A stretch of 62,648 nt of DNA, filler included, from Kipferlia bialata (Eukaryota): NCBI GenBank assembly GCA_003568945.1. It is 7 parts of 5 records of this genome, joined end to end, with 100 filler letters (N's around TTAATTAATTAA, not from the genome) between each part and the next. Parts side by side here need not be neighbours in the genome. Positions count along the whole stretch, not along the records: positions 35,392 to 50,849 come from BDIP01000700.1; positions 50,950 to 54,939 come from BDIP01000705.1; 5 more parts are not named here. One strand, 5' to 3'. Positions 41,480 to 54,387 of the stretch are shown in pieces. Numbering within the stretch: position 1 is the stretch's first letter; the number at the start of each line of letters is the position of its first letter. The translations under genes were made by a program, and so were the position numbers. The notes below the pieces were generated by a model, which saw only the letters and a list, made by a program, of their open reading frames with translations, was not told the DNA's origin and made no database searches.

Positions 41480-42685
41480 TCAGTCTGCATCTTTGAACCT
41501 CTCAAACAGCTCTGGATCTAGCTCCACCACCAGTGTCCTCTCCATCTGTTCCACTAGCATGGTGGTGGGGTTGAGCATGCATGCACATAGAACCTTATCA
41601 GGGAAAGGTAGGGGCTCACAGAGAGTAAAGTCACCAGACACTATGTCATACATGCAAACACAGCGTGTCCCATCTTCCTCTTCACCTAGAGACTCTTGTC
41701 TTACCCTTCCAAACATACATATGAAGTGACCGGTGTTGACAGCTACGTGCCAGTTTCTTGAAAGCGGCAGCCGGATACTTGTATCAGTCACTACCCCCAA
41801 TGTGGCGGCACCTTGGCCACTTAGCGACATAGACACAGATATGGGCCCAAGAAAAGCGACGACTGAGTCTCGAATGCTGCACATTGCAGTGGTGAAACCA
41901 AAGACCTTATGACACGGCACTTTTTCAATTGACACGTTAGTCCAGGGATCTGTGTTGTCCATGTTGTTTAGATTCAAGCACCACATGTCTTGAAAGAAAG
42001 TTGGGGGTCTAGGCACTGCAGTGGTGTTCGACGCGAGGCGGCATCCGCCTGTAACCACAAGTGTCTCGTCGACAATCACAGCTTTGAAACCAAGCATTGG
42101 CCGGGGCCAGTAACAGTCTCCTGTGCACTGTACATACATAGTCTCTCCTGTGTCTGGGTGAAAAACGCAGACTGCCAGTCGTGATGGTATGATGTCTTCC
42201 GCAGCAGCTCGAACTCCACCTGCCAATAACGAAGAGGTCACTAGTACTGTCTGGTTGGGCCCACTGACTAGTACAGGATATACAGCAGCGTGGGGTCCTT
42301 CTGTCTGTGGCGGCACCAGTTGTAACACATCAGTGAGTGCTAGAGTGGTGGGGTCTACAGTGTACCTGGATGAGAAAATTCTAGTATATCTCACGCAAGA
42401 TCATAAGCTTAGTACCACACAGAAGAGTTGTATCGGACGCAAACGATCCATAACGACAACCCTTGCTACCCAATTGAATAGCCTAAAACATACAGAATAG
42501 GTAACCACATTGATATCAAGTGTTTTGCGCTATCACAAACATAGGTATCAATCATACCTGTCAACCTGCCCGTTATCGGCCGCTGCTAGAATGGTGTTGT
42601 GGAATAGTTTTGCCACAGACAGATAGTGCACTCCACTGCCAAGCTGTATCTCTCTACAGCTGAGGTACCACCTCTTGGGTGCCAT
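41480..42685 (-). CDS. Divergent kelch-like beta-propeller protein, 2 exons
   Basis: Exon 1 MAPKRWYLSCREIQ...GQVDR splices in frame to the long ORF containing LVVTGG, DMWCLNL...W, WHVAVNTGHFICMFG and MYDIVSGDF. Confidence 0.7.
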
Positions 42686-43318
42686 AGTCTAGAGGGGAGA
42701 CTAGACGCACAGGGGTTGCCCTAGGTCACTGGGTATGTGTGTGTTGTATACAGTGGATGATCCACTGTGGATCAGACTCAGCTGCAAGTGGTGTCTGTCA
42801 ATCGAAGAGATGGAAGGGAGAGTCCACTTCCCAGAACGCATCGTAACTGTTGACGCCATAACACTGAGACCTTCTTTCATCGCATTGGAGGGTTTCCTAT
42901 GACATAACTGATATGACACTGTAAAGATTTACCATGGATACAGTATTTATACACACGTATCTATATACATATCTGTTAACGTATAGTAATCAGACTAGGC
43001 AGCACGGAGGGAGAGGCATAGGAAGACAACATGGAGGTTGAGATAGACGCAGGGGGAGAGAGAGGCAGTAGGAGATGCCATAGAGTGGGAGAGAGAGCAC
43101 CAGGCGTACTCTGCCTCCACAACCCAGAGGGAGAGGCAGGGGTAGACGCCATGATGGTTAAGATAGACGCTAATGAGTCTGACTAATACACTCTGTTCCT
43201 CTCCTAACCACCCGTATCTCCCCCCAAGAACACCACTCTAACAGACACTGTGGGTGGTATAGAAGTTGTGGGTGGGTCCCCCTCTCCCCTCCCCTCTGAT
43301 ACATCCATAGCCCCACCA

Positions 43319-44315
43319 CTATCCACACCCACTGCCATAGAGACCGGGTGTGTGTGTGCAGGGGAGGGAGGGGATGGGGGTGTGGCGGATGTGGAGAAGA
43401 CAATCGTTGATACTGGTGGGCAGGTGGGAGGGGGGCGGTAGATTCGTCCTTCCAGATGACACCCCATACTTAGACTCTGACATATGGGTACAAACTAGGC
43501 CTGAGTATGAGAGAGATAGGCAGAGACACAGAGAGACTCTTGTGTACCTGTAAGGACTCCTACTGGGGCGCAAGTGCCTCCTACTCTGTGTGTGGGGTGT
43601 GGGCATACGACCCATACCTGAGTGTGCTGCCCCTTTGCCCGGCTTCTCCATCTTCTGTTGCTTCTCTCGCACCTTCTCGTTCTCTGTGCTACAGGCCACA
43701 TACCTTTGGACATTAACATCCATCATATGTTCATACGATGCTTCCTCGCGCCTAATAGACTTAATCTTTCTGCTGTGGGAGCGTAGGTCTTCGGTAGGAG
43801 TCTCTGTGCACTCCATCATAACCTAAATGAGCTAAAGACGTTGCTTATAAGACTTATAAGACAGTAAGAAATAGATGGTTTGATCTTGTATACCTTCTGT
43901 TCTCTGGCCAGCCGGATCCACTCATTCATTAGTCTGAGCCGGTGCTGAACGAGACAGACTCTGCGAGTTAAAGTAGACAGAGTGGTATCTCTGGTGTATT
44001 GGTACCAACATTTAACGCCAGAACCTCTCATGCAGGATCGGGTTCATATACATATAGACATGTATATATATGTGTAAGATTATGAGTATACTACATATAG
44101 TATATGTATATGATACACACATGTGTCCCTACCTCTCATGCAGGTACAGGTCCATCTGTAACACACGTATGCTGTTACACTCTGCAGTAGGGTCAGGGTG
44201 GTGATGGAGGAAACTGGTATTAGCATTCACACCCACCATTCTAGACACTGTGGAAATATAGGTAGACAGTGTATGGTGCAGAGAGAGAGAGGGGGGGGGG
44301 GGGTAGAATCTGGCA
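43319..44315 (-). CDS. Possible hypothetical multi-exon protein
   Basis: Exon-like segments with GT/AG ends (QMDLYLHER, VCLVQHRLRLMNEWIRLAREQK, VMMECTETPTEDLRSHSRK...). Boundaries are uncertain. Confidence 0.3.
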
Positions 44316-45160
44316 TTATCTCAGGAGATTATATTGATACATTTGAGGCTCTCTCTCTCCCTAGCCCTCGGCCATGTATGTAGTAGTAATATGGTTATGT
44401 AAATGGTGTGTATATGCGGAAGGCAGACAGTGAGGCAATATATATAGTAGATACTAAGAGCGTATGGAAGAGAGAGAAATGCAGAAAGACAGAGGGAGTC
44501 AAGGAGAGACATGGAGAGAGAGAGAGAGAGAGAGAGATGGGGTGTCCGGATGCAATGATAAGGGATCATATGAGGCCACATACATTTTGAGCAGGGACAG
44601 AGACTTCTCCTCACAAAGCCGCAGCTCTGCTTGGTGGCGCAAGAGTTGCCGGATACTGGGCATTCCCAAGTTCGAGTTCAATGACCCAAGGGTGGCCAAA
44701 TATTGGGCAAAAGAAGATTCGAAAGAGCTGGGAGCCACGTACTTTTCGAAATTCAAAAACTTTCCGGAAAATCCTGTTTCCGCCTCTGGACCTGAAAACA
44801 CCTCTAATTCTTGAAGCAGTATCCTCGAAGGGGTCATGCTAATGAGGGAGCGACTCTGAAGGCAGCGACTCGGGACGCTGCACCCTATCTTATCCGCTTT
44901 TACGACTATTTGGCCGGAAAGCTTCGGACTTTCCCTGGACCCTTTAATCCCACAAGTACGGGCTCCCAGACCTATTCAAATAGGTCTGCCCTCTCCACTG
45001 TCTTTAGAATTGAACATCCCACCCATCGTTCATTGGTTATCCCTCTATTATCACATTTTACTTCTTGCCCTTCTTCTTGCCCTGCCCTGCTATTATTCAT
45101 CGAGTATAGAACCTTAAATTCAACACATTTTGCAATAATAATCTATTCTCTGTTACTCAG

Positions 45161-47371
45161 TTACTTCTTGCCCTTCTTCTTGCCCTGGCCTGCCTTGAAG
45201 AACATGATGTCTCCGTCCTGAACGACGTAGTTCCTGCCCTCCATGGTGACCTGTGATCGGTGTTAGTATCATATATATGTATATATTATTACTGATACTC
45301 AGTATCAGTATGAGCGTTAGATCTAGACTAGACCTAATTAACACTACGATCAGTATATGTATCATGTGTGTAGATGATACTGACAAGTGACCTTGCCAGC
45401 TGCATCTCCCCCATACTTTTGCGTCAGTATCAGAATTATTATCTCATTATCACATGGTATTTCATATTCTGACCTTGCCGGCAGCCTTTGCCTCTGCCTC
45501 TCCACCATACTCAACTAGGTCATCGTATCTGGTCACCTCAGCACAGATGAAGTTGTCCCTGGGGTGTGAGAGGGAGAGAGACAGAGAGAGAGCCACTGGC
45601 TGGCAAATAGTCAGTTGCCCCTTGTATGAGTATTATTCTTGAGGAACAGAGAGGGAGAGAGAGAGGGAGATAGAGAGAGAGAGATGTACCTGAAGTCTGA
45701 GTGGATGACGCCAGCGGCATCGGGTGCCTTGCATCCCTCTCTGATGGTCAGTGTCAGTATCAGTATCAGTATACTGATACCTGATGGTCCAGCACCTGAC
45801 CTCCCTAACACTACATCCACCCTCCCACACTCTCTCTCTATACTAATACATATATACATATATATACATATATCCATACACACATACCTGATGGTCCAGC
45901 ACCTGACCTCCCTCACACCAACGGTGAAGAAGTGGATAAGGTGCAGGGCGCGGTAACCTTAGGTAAGGCGCACAAATATATAAGTAATGAGAGGTACATA
46001 CATGATATATGTATACAAATATAATTCTATACTATAAACACACATGCTGAAAGAAATAGTATATAATGGGATGATATATATTCACAACATACCTGTGGCA
46101 ATGATCTTCTTGAGGGCGGTTCCCTTGCCCTCTGCCTCCAGAGCAGCCTGCTCCTCGGGGGTCATGTAGTGCAGCTCCTGCTCGTACTAGGGTGAGAGAC
46201 ATAGAGACAGACAGGCAGAGAGAGAGAGAGAGAGAGATACAATGAGTGTCCTCGGGGGTCTTGTAGTGCAGCTCCTGCTCGTACTAGAGTGAGAGAGGAG
46301 AAGAGAAGAAGAAAGAGAGAGAGACTAGCATACTAGACTTATCGGGGGTCATGTAGTGCAGCTCCTGCTCGTACTGATGTAAGTGATATAGAGACTAATA
46401 GACAGATGGAGAGAGTAAGGTACTATTAGTGTCCTCGGGGGTCATGTAGTGCAGCTCCTGCTCGTACTGGGGTGAGTGGTGTATATAAACCGATAGAAAG
46501 AGATATATGGTGGGAGAGAGAGAGAGTAGTGCAGCTCCTGCTCGTACTGGGGTGAGTGATAAGCCTATCAGATATAAGAGAATGGCAGAAAGAGAGAGAG
46601 AGAGGCAGAGAAGGTACCTATAGACTGAATGTGATTAAGAGAGAAAGAGACAGAGAGATAGATGCATATATACTACCTGAGCACTGAATGGGATGATGGG
46701 ATCATGTGTATTGAGACAGTACGAGACAGATAGAGAGAGAGTGCAAGCCAGTACCTGTGCGCTGAATGGGATGATGGGGTCGGTCTTGGAGGACTCCTTG
46801 ATCCAGGCTACGACCTAGATTGTGAGGAGAAGTGTGATTACACGATGTCTCAGTTCTATATATATAGTATATATACCTTCTTGAGCCACTTGTTCTTCTT
46901 CCTGAGGTAGTCCTTGGCAGACATCTCTCTCTCTCTCTCTCTCTCTAATATATATATATGTACACACAATGCACAAATACCTTCTTGAGCCACTTGTTCT
47001 TCTTCCTCAGGTAGTCCTTGGCAGACATGTTGATGAGGTAGATGACAGGCTTGGAGGTCAGGAGGAAGAGGTCCCTGAGGTGAAATGTATATATATACAC
47101 ACAGACACATTAACACATATGTATTCATTAATGAGAGAGACACTTAGATGACAGGCTTGGAGGTCAGGAGGAAGAGGCCCCTAGTATACGATATAGGTGG
47201 TAAATATAAATATAACAATACAGAGCATATGAGAGATATAGTTGTAATAGTCAGATAGCAGGTATAGAGGTCAGGAGGAAGAGGTCCCTGAAGTGAGAAT
47301 TGTTTTATACATGAAGAAGAAAGATAAAGAGAGAGAGAGTATACCTGATGATGAGTATCTCAGAACTTGGT

Positions 47372-47406
<35 letters not shown>

Positions 47407-48751
47407 AAGAGAAAGAGACATACATGTATAGAGAGAGAATGGTACCTGATGATGGGGATCTCAGCAGACTTCCAGTCGACGTTACGGGCATCGACGTTGT
47501 TCCTGGGGTAAATGGAGACCAAACACACAATCTTATGTATATATGTGTACGGTGTATGTATATAATATACTTACTTCAGGTTCTCGAGGCACTTGTGGAG
47601 GACAGGCAGCATATATATGTGTATGTGTGTATATATAGTATCAGTATCAGTGTCAAGTACTGTAGATATACACTTACTTCAGGTTCTCCAGGCACTTGTG
47701 CAGGACTGGGAGCATGTCCTTGGCATCCTTGTTGGAGGACATGCCCTGGGGGGAGAATACAAGTGAACAATGTGAATAGAATTCTAAAGACTTTGTATAT
47801 GGTAATGCTGAGTACAGTATAGCCGGTGTACCTTGTTGATTGCGTTCTGGCACTCTGCAATCTTCCTCTCAAGGGTGGCAATGTCCTTGAAGACAAGCTC
47901 ATCGTGGATGATGGAGAGGTCCCTGAGAGTAAGTATATATAAACACACACACCTATATATATGTATATATATAGAGAGATAGAGAGAGAGAGTGGCAATG
48001 TCCTTAAACACAAGCTCATCGTGGATGATGGAGAGATCCCTAAGAGTAAGGGATGTCATATATGAAGAGATAGAGAGAGACAGGGTGGCAATGTCCTTGA
48101 ACACAAGCTCATCGTGGATGATGCTAAGGTCCCTGGGGTTAATAGATGTATATAGGGAGAGAGAGAGGGGGAGAGAGAGAGAGAGAGAGAGGCAATGTCC
48201 TTGAACACAAGCTCATCGTGGATGATGGAGAGATCTCTGAGAGTAAGAATATTGATATATATATATACACACACACACACATATATATATATATAGAGAG
48301 AGAGAAGGGGCAATGTCCTTGAAAACACGCTCATCGTGGATGATGGAGAGATCCCTGAGGGTAAGGCTTGTATAGGAGAGGGAAGGGGGGGGAGAGACAG
48401 AGAAAGACGATATAACTGGGTCACGAGCTCTCCTTCAACGCATGTGTCTCAACACACGAGATGTATATATAGACACTAAACATATTGGATAGGCACACAC
48501 ACACATATATGTAAATATATATCATTATTACATACCTGACAGGGTCCACCTCTCCCTCGACGTGTGTCACCATGTCGTCATCAAAGAGACGCACAAGGTG
48601 GTAGATGCCGTCAACGGCCCTGGAAGTCAGTGACGACAGAGAATACACAATAATATATGTACTGAGAGAGAGAGAGAGAAGGTGATAGATGCCGGCCATG
48701 GGAGTCGGTGAGAGCAATACATAGTTGACAAGGAAATATTAACAAATACAT

Positions 48752-48785
<34 letters not shown>

Positions 48786-49908
48786 GAGTAATGGTGTTGA
48801 ATGTACATATGCACAATATAGATACACACCTGATGTTGGAGAGGAAGGCATTGCCAAGTCCCTTTCCCTCGTGAGCTCCACGCACAAGTCTGGGGTGAGG
48901 AAGGGGGGGGGGGGGTTAGGGAGAGATTGAATTATTGGGAGGGAGAGTGTGTGTGGGAATGGCTTATATAGTAGCCCAAGTACACCCACCCTTCGATGTC
49001 GATACCCCCGTGTACTTAAATATATGCTAGAGAGACAGAGTATGATAGAGTGTCAGTACATATATAGACCCACCCTGCGATGTCGATGACCTCCAGGTGG
49101 GCAACAGATACACAAATATATAGAGATTGAGGTAGAGATGATGATATAGTAAGAGTGCAGATATATACCCACCCTGCGATGTCGATGACCTCGAGGTGGG
49201 CAGGCACCTCAGAGGCAGGTCTGATGTTCTTGCGGAGCCACTCGAACCTCTCATCAGGCACAGCAACACGGGCCTGGAGTAAGAGAGGTACTGAGTTGTA
49301 ATATAGAGACAGGGGGAGAGAGAGAAAGTGAAGAGCATTGGGCTCCGCAATTTATATACATAGATCGTGAGAGAGAGAAATACTGGAAGTTACATACGTC
49401 AGCTAGCATTGAGTAAACTAGTTAGGAGAGGAAGGGATCATGTACATTGGTATACCAACGGGGGGATATGATACGAAGCTCATTAAGGTAGAGGTACACT
49501 AATATACATATAAGAGAGAGAGAGACACACACACACATAAAAGCTTGGTACCTTGTTGGGGTCGATGGTGTATGGGATAATGGGAATATACATACAAGAC
49601 GCACTATATATGTTCACCTTGTTTGGGTCGATTGTGCAGAATGGGAAGTTCTCAGATGGCACCTCCTGGTTGCTCATCATGTTGAACATCAGGGACTTGC
49701 CGACATTGGGGAGGCCAACGATACCTGGGGTGAGCTGGGAGTCACCCCAGCAGCATATTAGCGGAGAGTGTACATAAAGATATGGTATGATAACTCGCAA
49801 TATTGAGTAATTCTTCCTCCACTCACCGCAAGAGAGGGTGTTCTTGGAGCGTCCCAGCAGCTGGATCTCAGTTGTTGGCTCGTCGTCACCCTTGGTCTTC
49901 TTTGCCAT
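45161..49908 (-). CDS. OLA1: Obg-like ATPase 1 / YchF, complete multi-exon gene
   Basis: Motifs [98 protein letters not shown] and [16 protein letters not shown]. Stop TAA at 45161-45163. Confidence 0.95.
46155..46558 (-). repeat. Four acceptor-side echoes of the OLA1 exon starting [11 protein letters not shown]
   Basis: gtagtgcagctcctgctcgtact occurs in the real exon (about 46166) and again at about 46263, 46353, 46446 and 46526. Confidence 0.9.
47832..48356 (-). repeat. OLA1 exon (47832-47922) plus four upstream acceptor-side echoes
   Basis: The segment coding [15 protein letters not shown], each time preceded by its own YAG, recurs at about 47992, 48082, 48191 and 48309. Confidence 0.9.
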
Positions 49909-50135
49909 CTTGAGAGGTCGAGATCAAAGAGACACTGGCGCTGTGTCTATAGCTCAGGTCGCACCTACACCCTCAAGTTGTTTTTGCATAGTAATATTGC
50001 ACCCTTATTGCCCAGAATTTTTGTTTTGCCAAACTGACCCTCACTGGAAATCTCGCTGGGGCGGACCGTGCCTGCTCTCTCTCATCATATATACACAAGT
50101 AGTGGACCTTCCCTTTGACCCGGCTCTTACAGCCA

Positions 50136-50663
50136 ATGCGGTCCTCTAGCAGCGGGACCGGGGCGGCCCCCTTTCGGCCCCTCCCCCTTCTGCTCTTTGT
50201 GATTATCGCCCTGTTCCAAGTTGCATCGGTCTGGGCCACCGACCCCCAGGTCTCCTACGACGGGGGCGCCCCCCTGGTGAGCGGCTCTGTGGAGTCCTAT
50301 GACCCTGACTACGACATTGATATATCCGTGTCCTACACAGATGCCAATAGTGACCCAATCACCGATGCGGAGCTGACCCTCGTCTTCTATGACTCCACCC
50401 CCTCTGCTGTGTACACACTCCCCCTGGAGTACGACCCTGCCGAACTGAAGTATGCAGGCACACTACTGAAGGGCAACGTGCGTGTGAGCGGCTCCTACGA
50501 GGTGTACGTGACTGTGAATGGGGTTGAGAGTGCTGAGTCCAGCCTCACCCTGAATGTGGGGTATGGTGCAGTGAGTGCAGCCAACACTGGCTTTGACACT
50601 GAGGCTCTGGCACAGCACGTGGCCAAGGAGGACCTGGTACTGAGCCTCACAGTCAAGGATCAG
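50136..50663 (+). CDS. Secreted/surface Ig- or filamin-like repeat protein, first exon only
   Basis: Hydrophobic signal LLLFVIIALFQVASVWA, then beta-rich segments SGSYEVYVTVNG...SSLTLNV and LSLTVKDQ ending at a GT donor. Confidence 0.65.
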
Positions 50664-50800
50664 GTCAGTATATCAGTTTATACGGTGGTATATATATTTA
50701 TAGATATGTGTGGCACTGAATGGGACTCATCGACTGTAGGGTCAGTATCACTTGTCAAGGGAATGTATGTGTGTCCGACAGTGTGTATACATGACTGCAT

Positions 50801-50833
<33 letters not shown>

Positions 50834-50849
50834 TTCCCCCCCCTCTCCT

Positions 50850-50949
50850 NNNNNNNNNNNNNNNNNNNNNNNNNNNNNNNNNNNNNNNNNNNNTTAATTA
50901 ATTAANNNNNNNNNNNNNNNNNNNNNNNNNNNNNNNNNNNNNNNNNNNN
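50850..50949. other. Artificial contig spacer
   Basis: N-run with TTAATTAATTAA. Confidence 0.97.
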
Positions 50950-51580
50950 GGGGAGGGTGTGGGGGGGTGGGGGGGGGGGGGGGGGGGGGGGGCTCATATC
51001 ATCAGTAACTAGCCAGGGTTAAATGAGGCACTATTGCATACACAGAGTGACATGTACCGGCACTTACCAATGATACGTGAGCCAATTGAAGACGCGAGAC
51101 CTAAAAGAGTAGAACAAAGGACCCAAGTAGAGGCTGGAAAAAACGTGCCTACACCCTTGTCGTTACTCTTGCAATAGGCCAGTTCACTCTCGGTCATAAC
51201 ACATAAGGGGCTAGGCTTGATAGCCGCCAAAAACATAGATTCCTCTCGGTCTCTGGGCCAAAATATCCATTAGTTTTTCTTATCAGATTCTCCAGTTACA
51301 TAATATCAATCCATATCACCAGCAAAGTCGTTTATGACAAATTTGTCTTGTGGTCAAGATCGACCCGATTCATTGGTGCAACGTCATCGCCAACCATCAA
51401 TAGTACTAAGGTTGAGCAAGACACTCTTAGACCTCTCCAGTGTCTGTACCTATGTATATATACTATATACTACATACTATGGTACTTGAGAGGCAGAGGG
51501 GCCAGTGGTACTAACTCTAGAGAGACGTTATCGCGTAGAAAGTGCAGGTTTACATGTTTGCCCGCTATAACTGTTGTAGC

Positions 51581-54387
51581 CTATAACACCAGAGCTATGT
51601 CAGGTCCTAGGAAACGGGGATCGATATCCACCATCAACATTGCCTCTCTTGCCACTAGCAACAGAGTATAGGGGTTCATCATCACACTCCTACAGTCCTT
51701 TAGCTCCTTGTACAGAGCAACACTCTCGGGTAGGAGGGCAAGTCGGACCTTGTCAAGGGTTACATTGTCTCTTAGTACCGGTTGGTGTACGGTCCTATTT
51801 GTGACTCCCTTAATACTTAGCCGTGCCCTGCTTGCTCTCAGATGACGCTCGCCATAAAGAGGTACGGCATAGAGACTCTCACTAGTGCTGGCAGTTGAAG
51901 TAGTCTCTTCCCACCACTCCCTGTTGCTGTACACTACATGGTACCAGATGGTGTACAGGTGGTGGCAGGACCCACTAGTGACACCTACGCATTAGAGTAT
52001 ATATACATATATATATATACTTATATATATGGTAGCACACAGTGTACATGTGGGGGCAGGCCTCACTAGTGACACCTAGGCATAAGAGTATATCTATGAA
52101 TATATGTGTTAATAGTACGTAATAATAATTCATACTATGACGAAGTCAGACAGTCTGACCTGCAGTGACAGCACAGGGTGGTAAGAGAATACAACGGTCA
52201 CATAGAGTATATAATCAATACAGTAAGATAATAGTACCGTAAGCAAGAAACTATAAATACAATCTGACCTGTAGTGACAGCACAGGGTGGTCTTTCAGCG
52301 CACTGGGTCCACACCCTAGTCTCCAGAGACCACTCCCACGTCAGCTGAGAGATTAGTAATTGACACACACACAGAGAGAGGGAGGGCGGGGAGAGAGAGA
52401 GGGACTTAGTCTCCAGAGACCACTCCCACGTCAACTAGTGATAAGTAGCTGTATAATTGATGATTAATTCACATATGTACTATATATATATAGATAACCA
52501 GTGTGAGAGAGAGAGGTTTCTAGTCTCCAGAGACCACTCCCACGTAATCTGGGAGGTTAAAACACATGGTTACTCCTCTGTAACCACCATTGCACTCTTG
52601 ATCGCAAAGCGAAATACCACGTATCTAAAAAGATGTACATGTATCTACGTGTACAATATATGGAATATATAAGTATACACATATATACATCTGTGTCCTC
52701 GTCTGTGACCACCAGTGTGTCACCCACAGCAAAGACATGTACTATTTACCAATGTATACACTATCTATATATATGTATATATATACTGTATATGGTACCT
52801 CCGTGTCCTCGTCTGTGACCACCAGTGTGTCATCAACAGCAAAGACAAGTATGTACTTGTTCGGTGTTGGACCCATCCCTTCTCCAGACGATAAAGGGTC
52901 CAGAGGAGCAATAGATTTCTTCCCTTCCCCACAAGACGGGACATCCTCCCATTGTGCTGTGTCAATGGAGTATACAGACATGACCCATACGTGCTCGTAC
53001 CTCCCGTCAGTATCGGTGTCAGTATCAGTGTCACTGTCAGGCTCAGGTTTGGCTACTAGACGGACCCCCCCCATATGCTACCACCACCTCCCCTACCCTG
53101 GTAAGGGTCATCTTAACGACACCTTGGGGGTTGGGAGGGCCTGGTGTTAGACATATATATATAGAGAGAGAGAGAGAATAGGAAAGAGACCAGATAGGGG
53201 AAGTAGCAAAAGTGCAAGGGAGACCAAGAGAGAGAGAAGAGCAGAGAGAGACACCGCGAGGGATAGATAGGTAATCAGAGAGATAGGAGTAAGGAAACCT
53301 GCGATGTCCTCTGTCCGTATGGTATAATCATCAATAATATAATATACTATATACTATAACAATACTATATATATGTGTGTCCCCACATATATGTCTATAT
53401 ATACCTGCGATGTCCTCTGTCCCTATGGTATAGTCATCAATAATATAATATACTATATATACTGCTGTGGTGCGGTATATATAACATATATATAACAACA
53501 TTTAATATACATATGTCCCCACATATATGAATGTCTATATATACCTGCGATGTCCTCTGTCCCAATGGTATCGTCATCATTGAGAGTGAGTATACACCAC
53601 TTCTGTTCATGATCACCATCCCTTGACAGATGGTATGTCAGCATGGCAGAGTTATGACCTGCATTGAGAATTATACACATATATACATATATACTAAATA
53701 CTATACATATATAGTGTCATCTTCTGATAGATGGTATGTCAGCATGGCAGAGTTATGACCTAATGTGAGAATAACATTAGAAGTGTACATCATGATAGTA
53801 ATGATAATGATTTCTATGTCTATATATAGTCACCTCCTCTTAGATGGTATGTCAGCATGGCAGTGTTATGACCTACGACGTGAGTGGTATTTATTGTTAT
53901 ATGTGTATACACATATCCATACATATATACATATGTGTAGCAGTGTTATGGCCAATATATGCGATGACAGTACAACCACTACTCTAATAGTTTAGTCTAG
54001 ACACTTCTATATGATGATGGCATGTGGAATAGAGGTCGTAGACATCACCATTAACAATCATAGAGCACACGCTCCTATGAAAAACAGCATCCCATTCGAC
54101 ATATCTATATGACTAAATGTATATATGAATATATATACAGTATTGTTACACCATTACTCGATACTCATATATATATATATGAATTAATGTATATATGAAT
54201 ATATATACAGTATTGTTACACCAATATTTGATACCCACCTATGTTGACCACAGATATGGCATCAGCACTCCGTTCCATATACCTTCATGGAATAATAATG
54301 AATGTTTCGAACTATATCAATACTATTACCCACCTATGTTGACCACAGATATGGCATCAGCACTATGTTCATGACCTGAACCTATGC
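51581..54387 (-). CDS. Divergent kelch-like protein, multi-exon, 5' partial
   Basis: Exons VGEVVVAYGG, VYSIDTAQW and TWEWSLETRVWTQC. The C-terminus MMNPYTLLLV...MVDIDP resembles MLNPTTMLV...VVELDP of the gene at 41480. Confidence 0.65.

Noticed and set aside
44600..45000. CpG-richer intergenic stretch with short palindromes as a possible ncRNA or mobile element
   Set aside because: No recognisable RNA family, terminal repeats or convincing ORF.
2737..45163. Hexamitid-type genetic code (TAA/TAG = Gln)
   Set aside because: Genes end at expected positions with TGA (RFC1), TAG (THUMP, RAB3GAP1) and TAA (OLA1), and Gln uses CAR codons.
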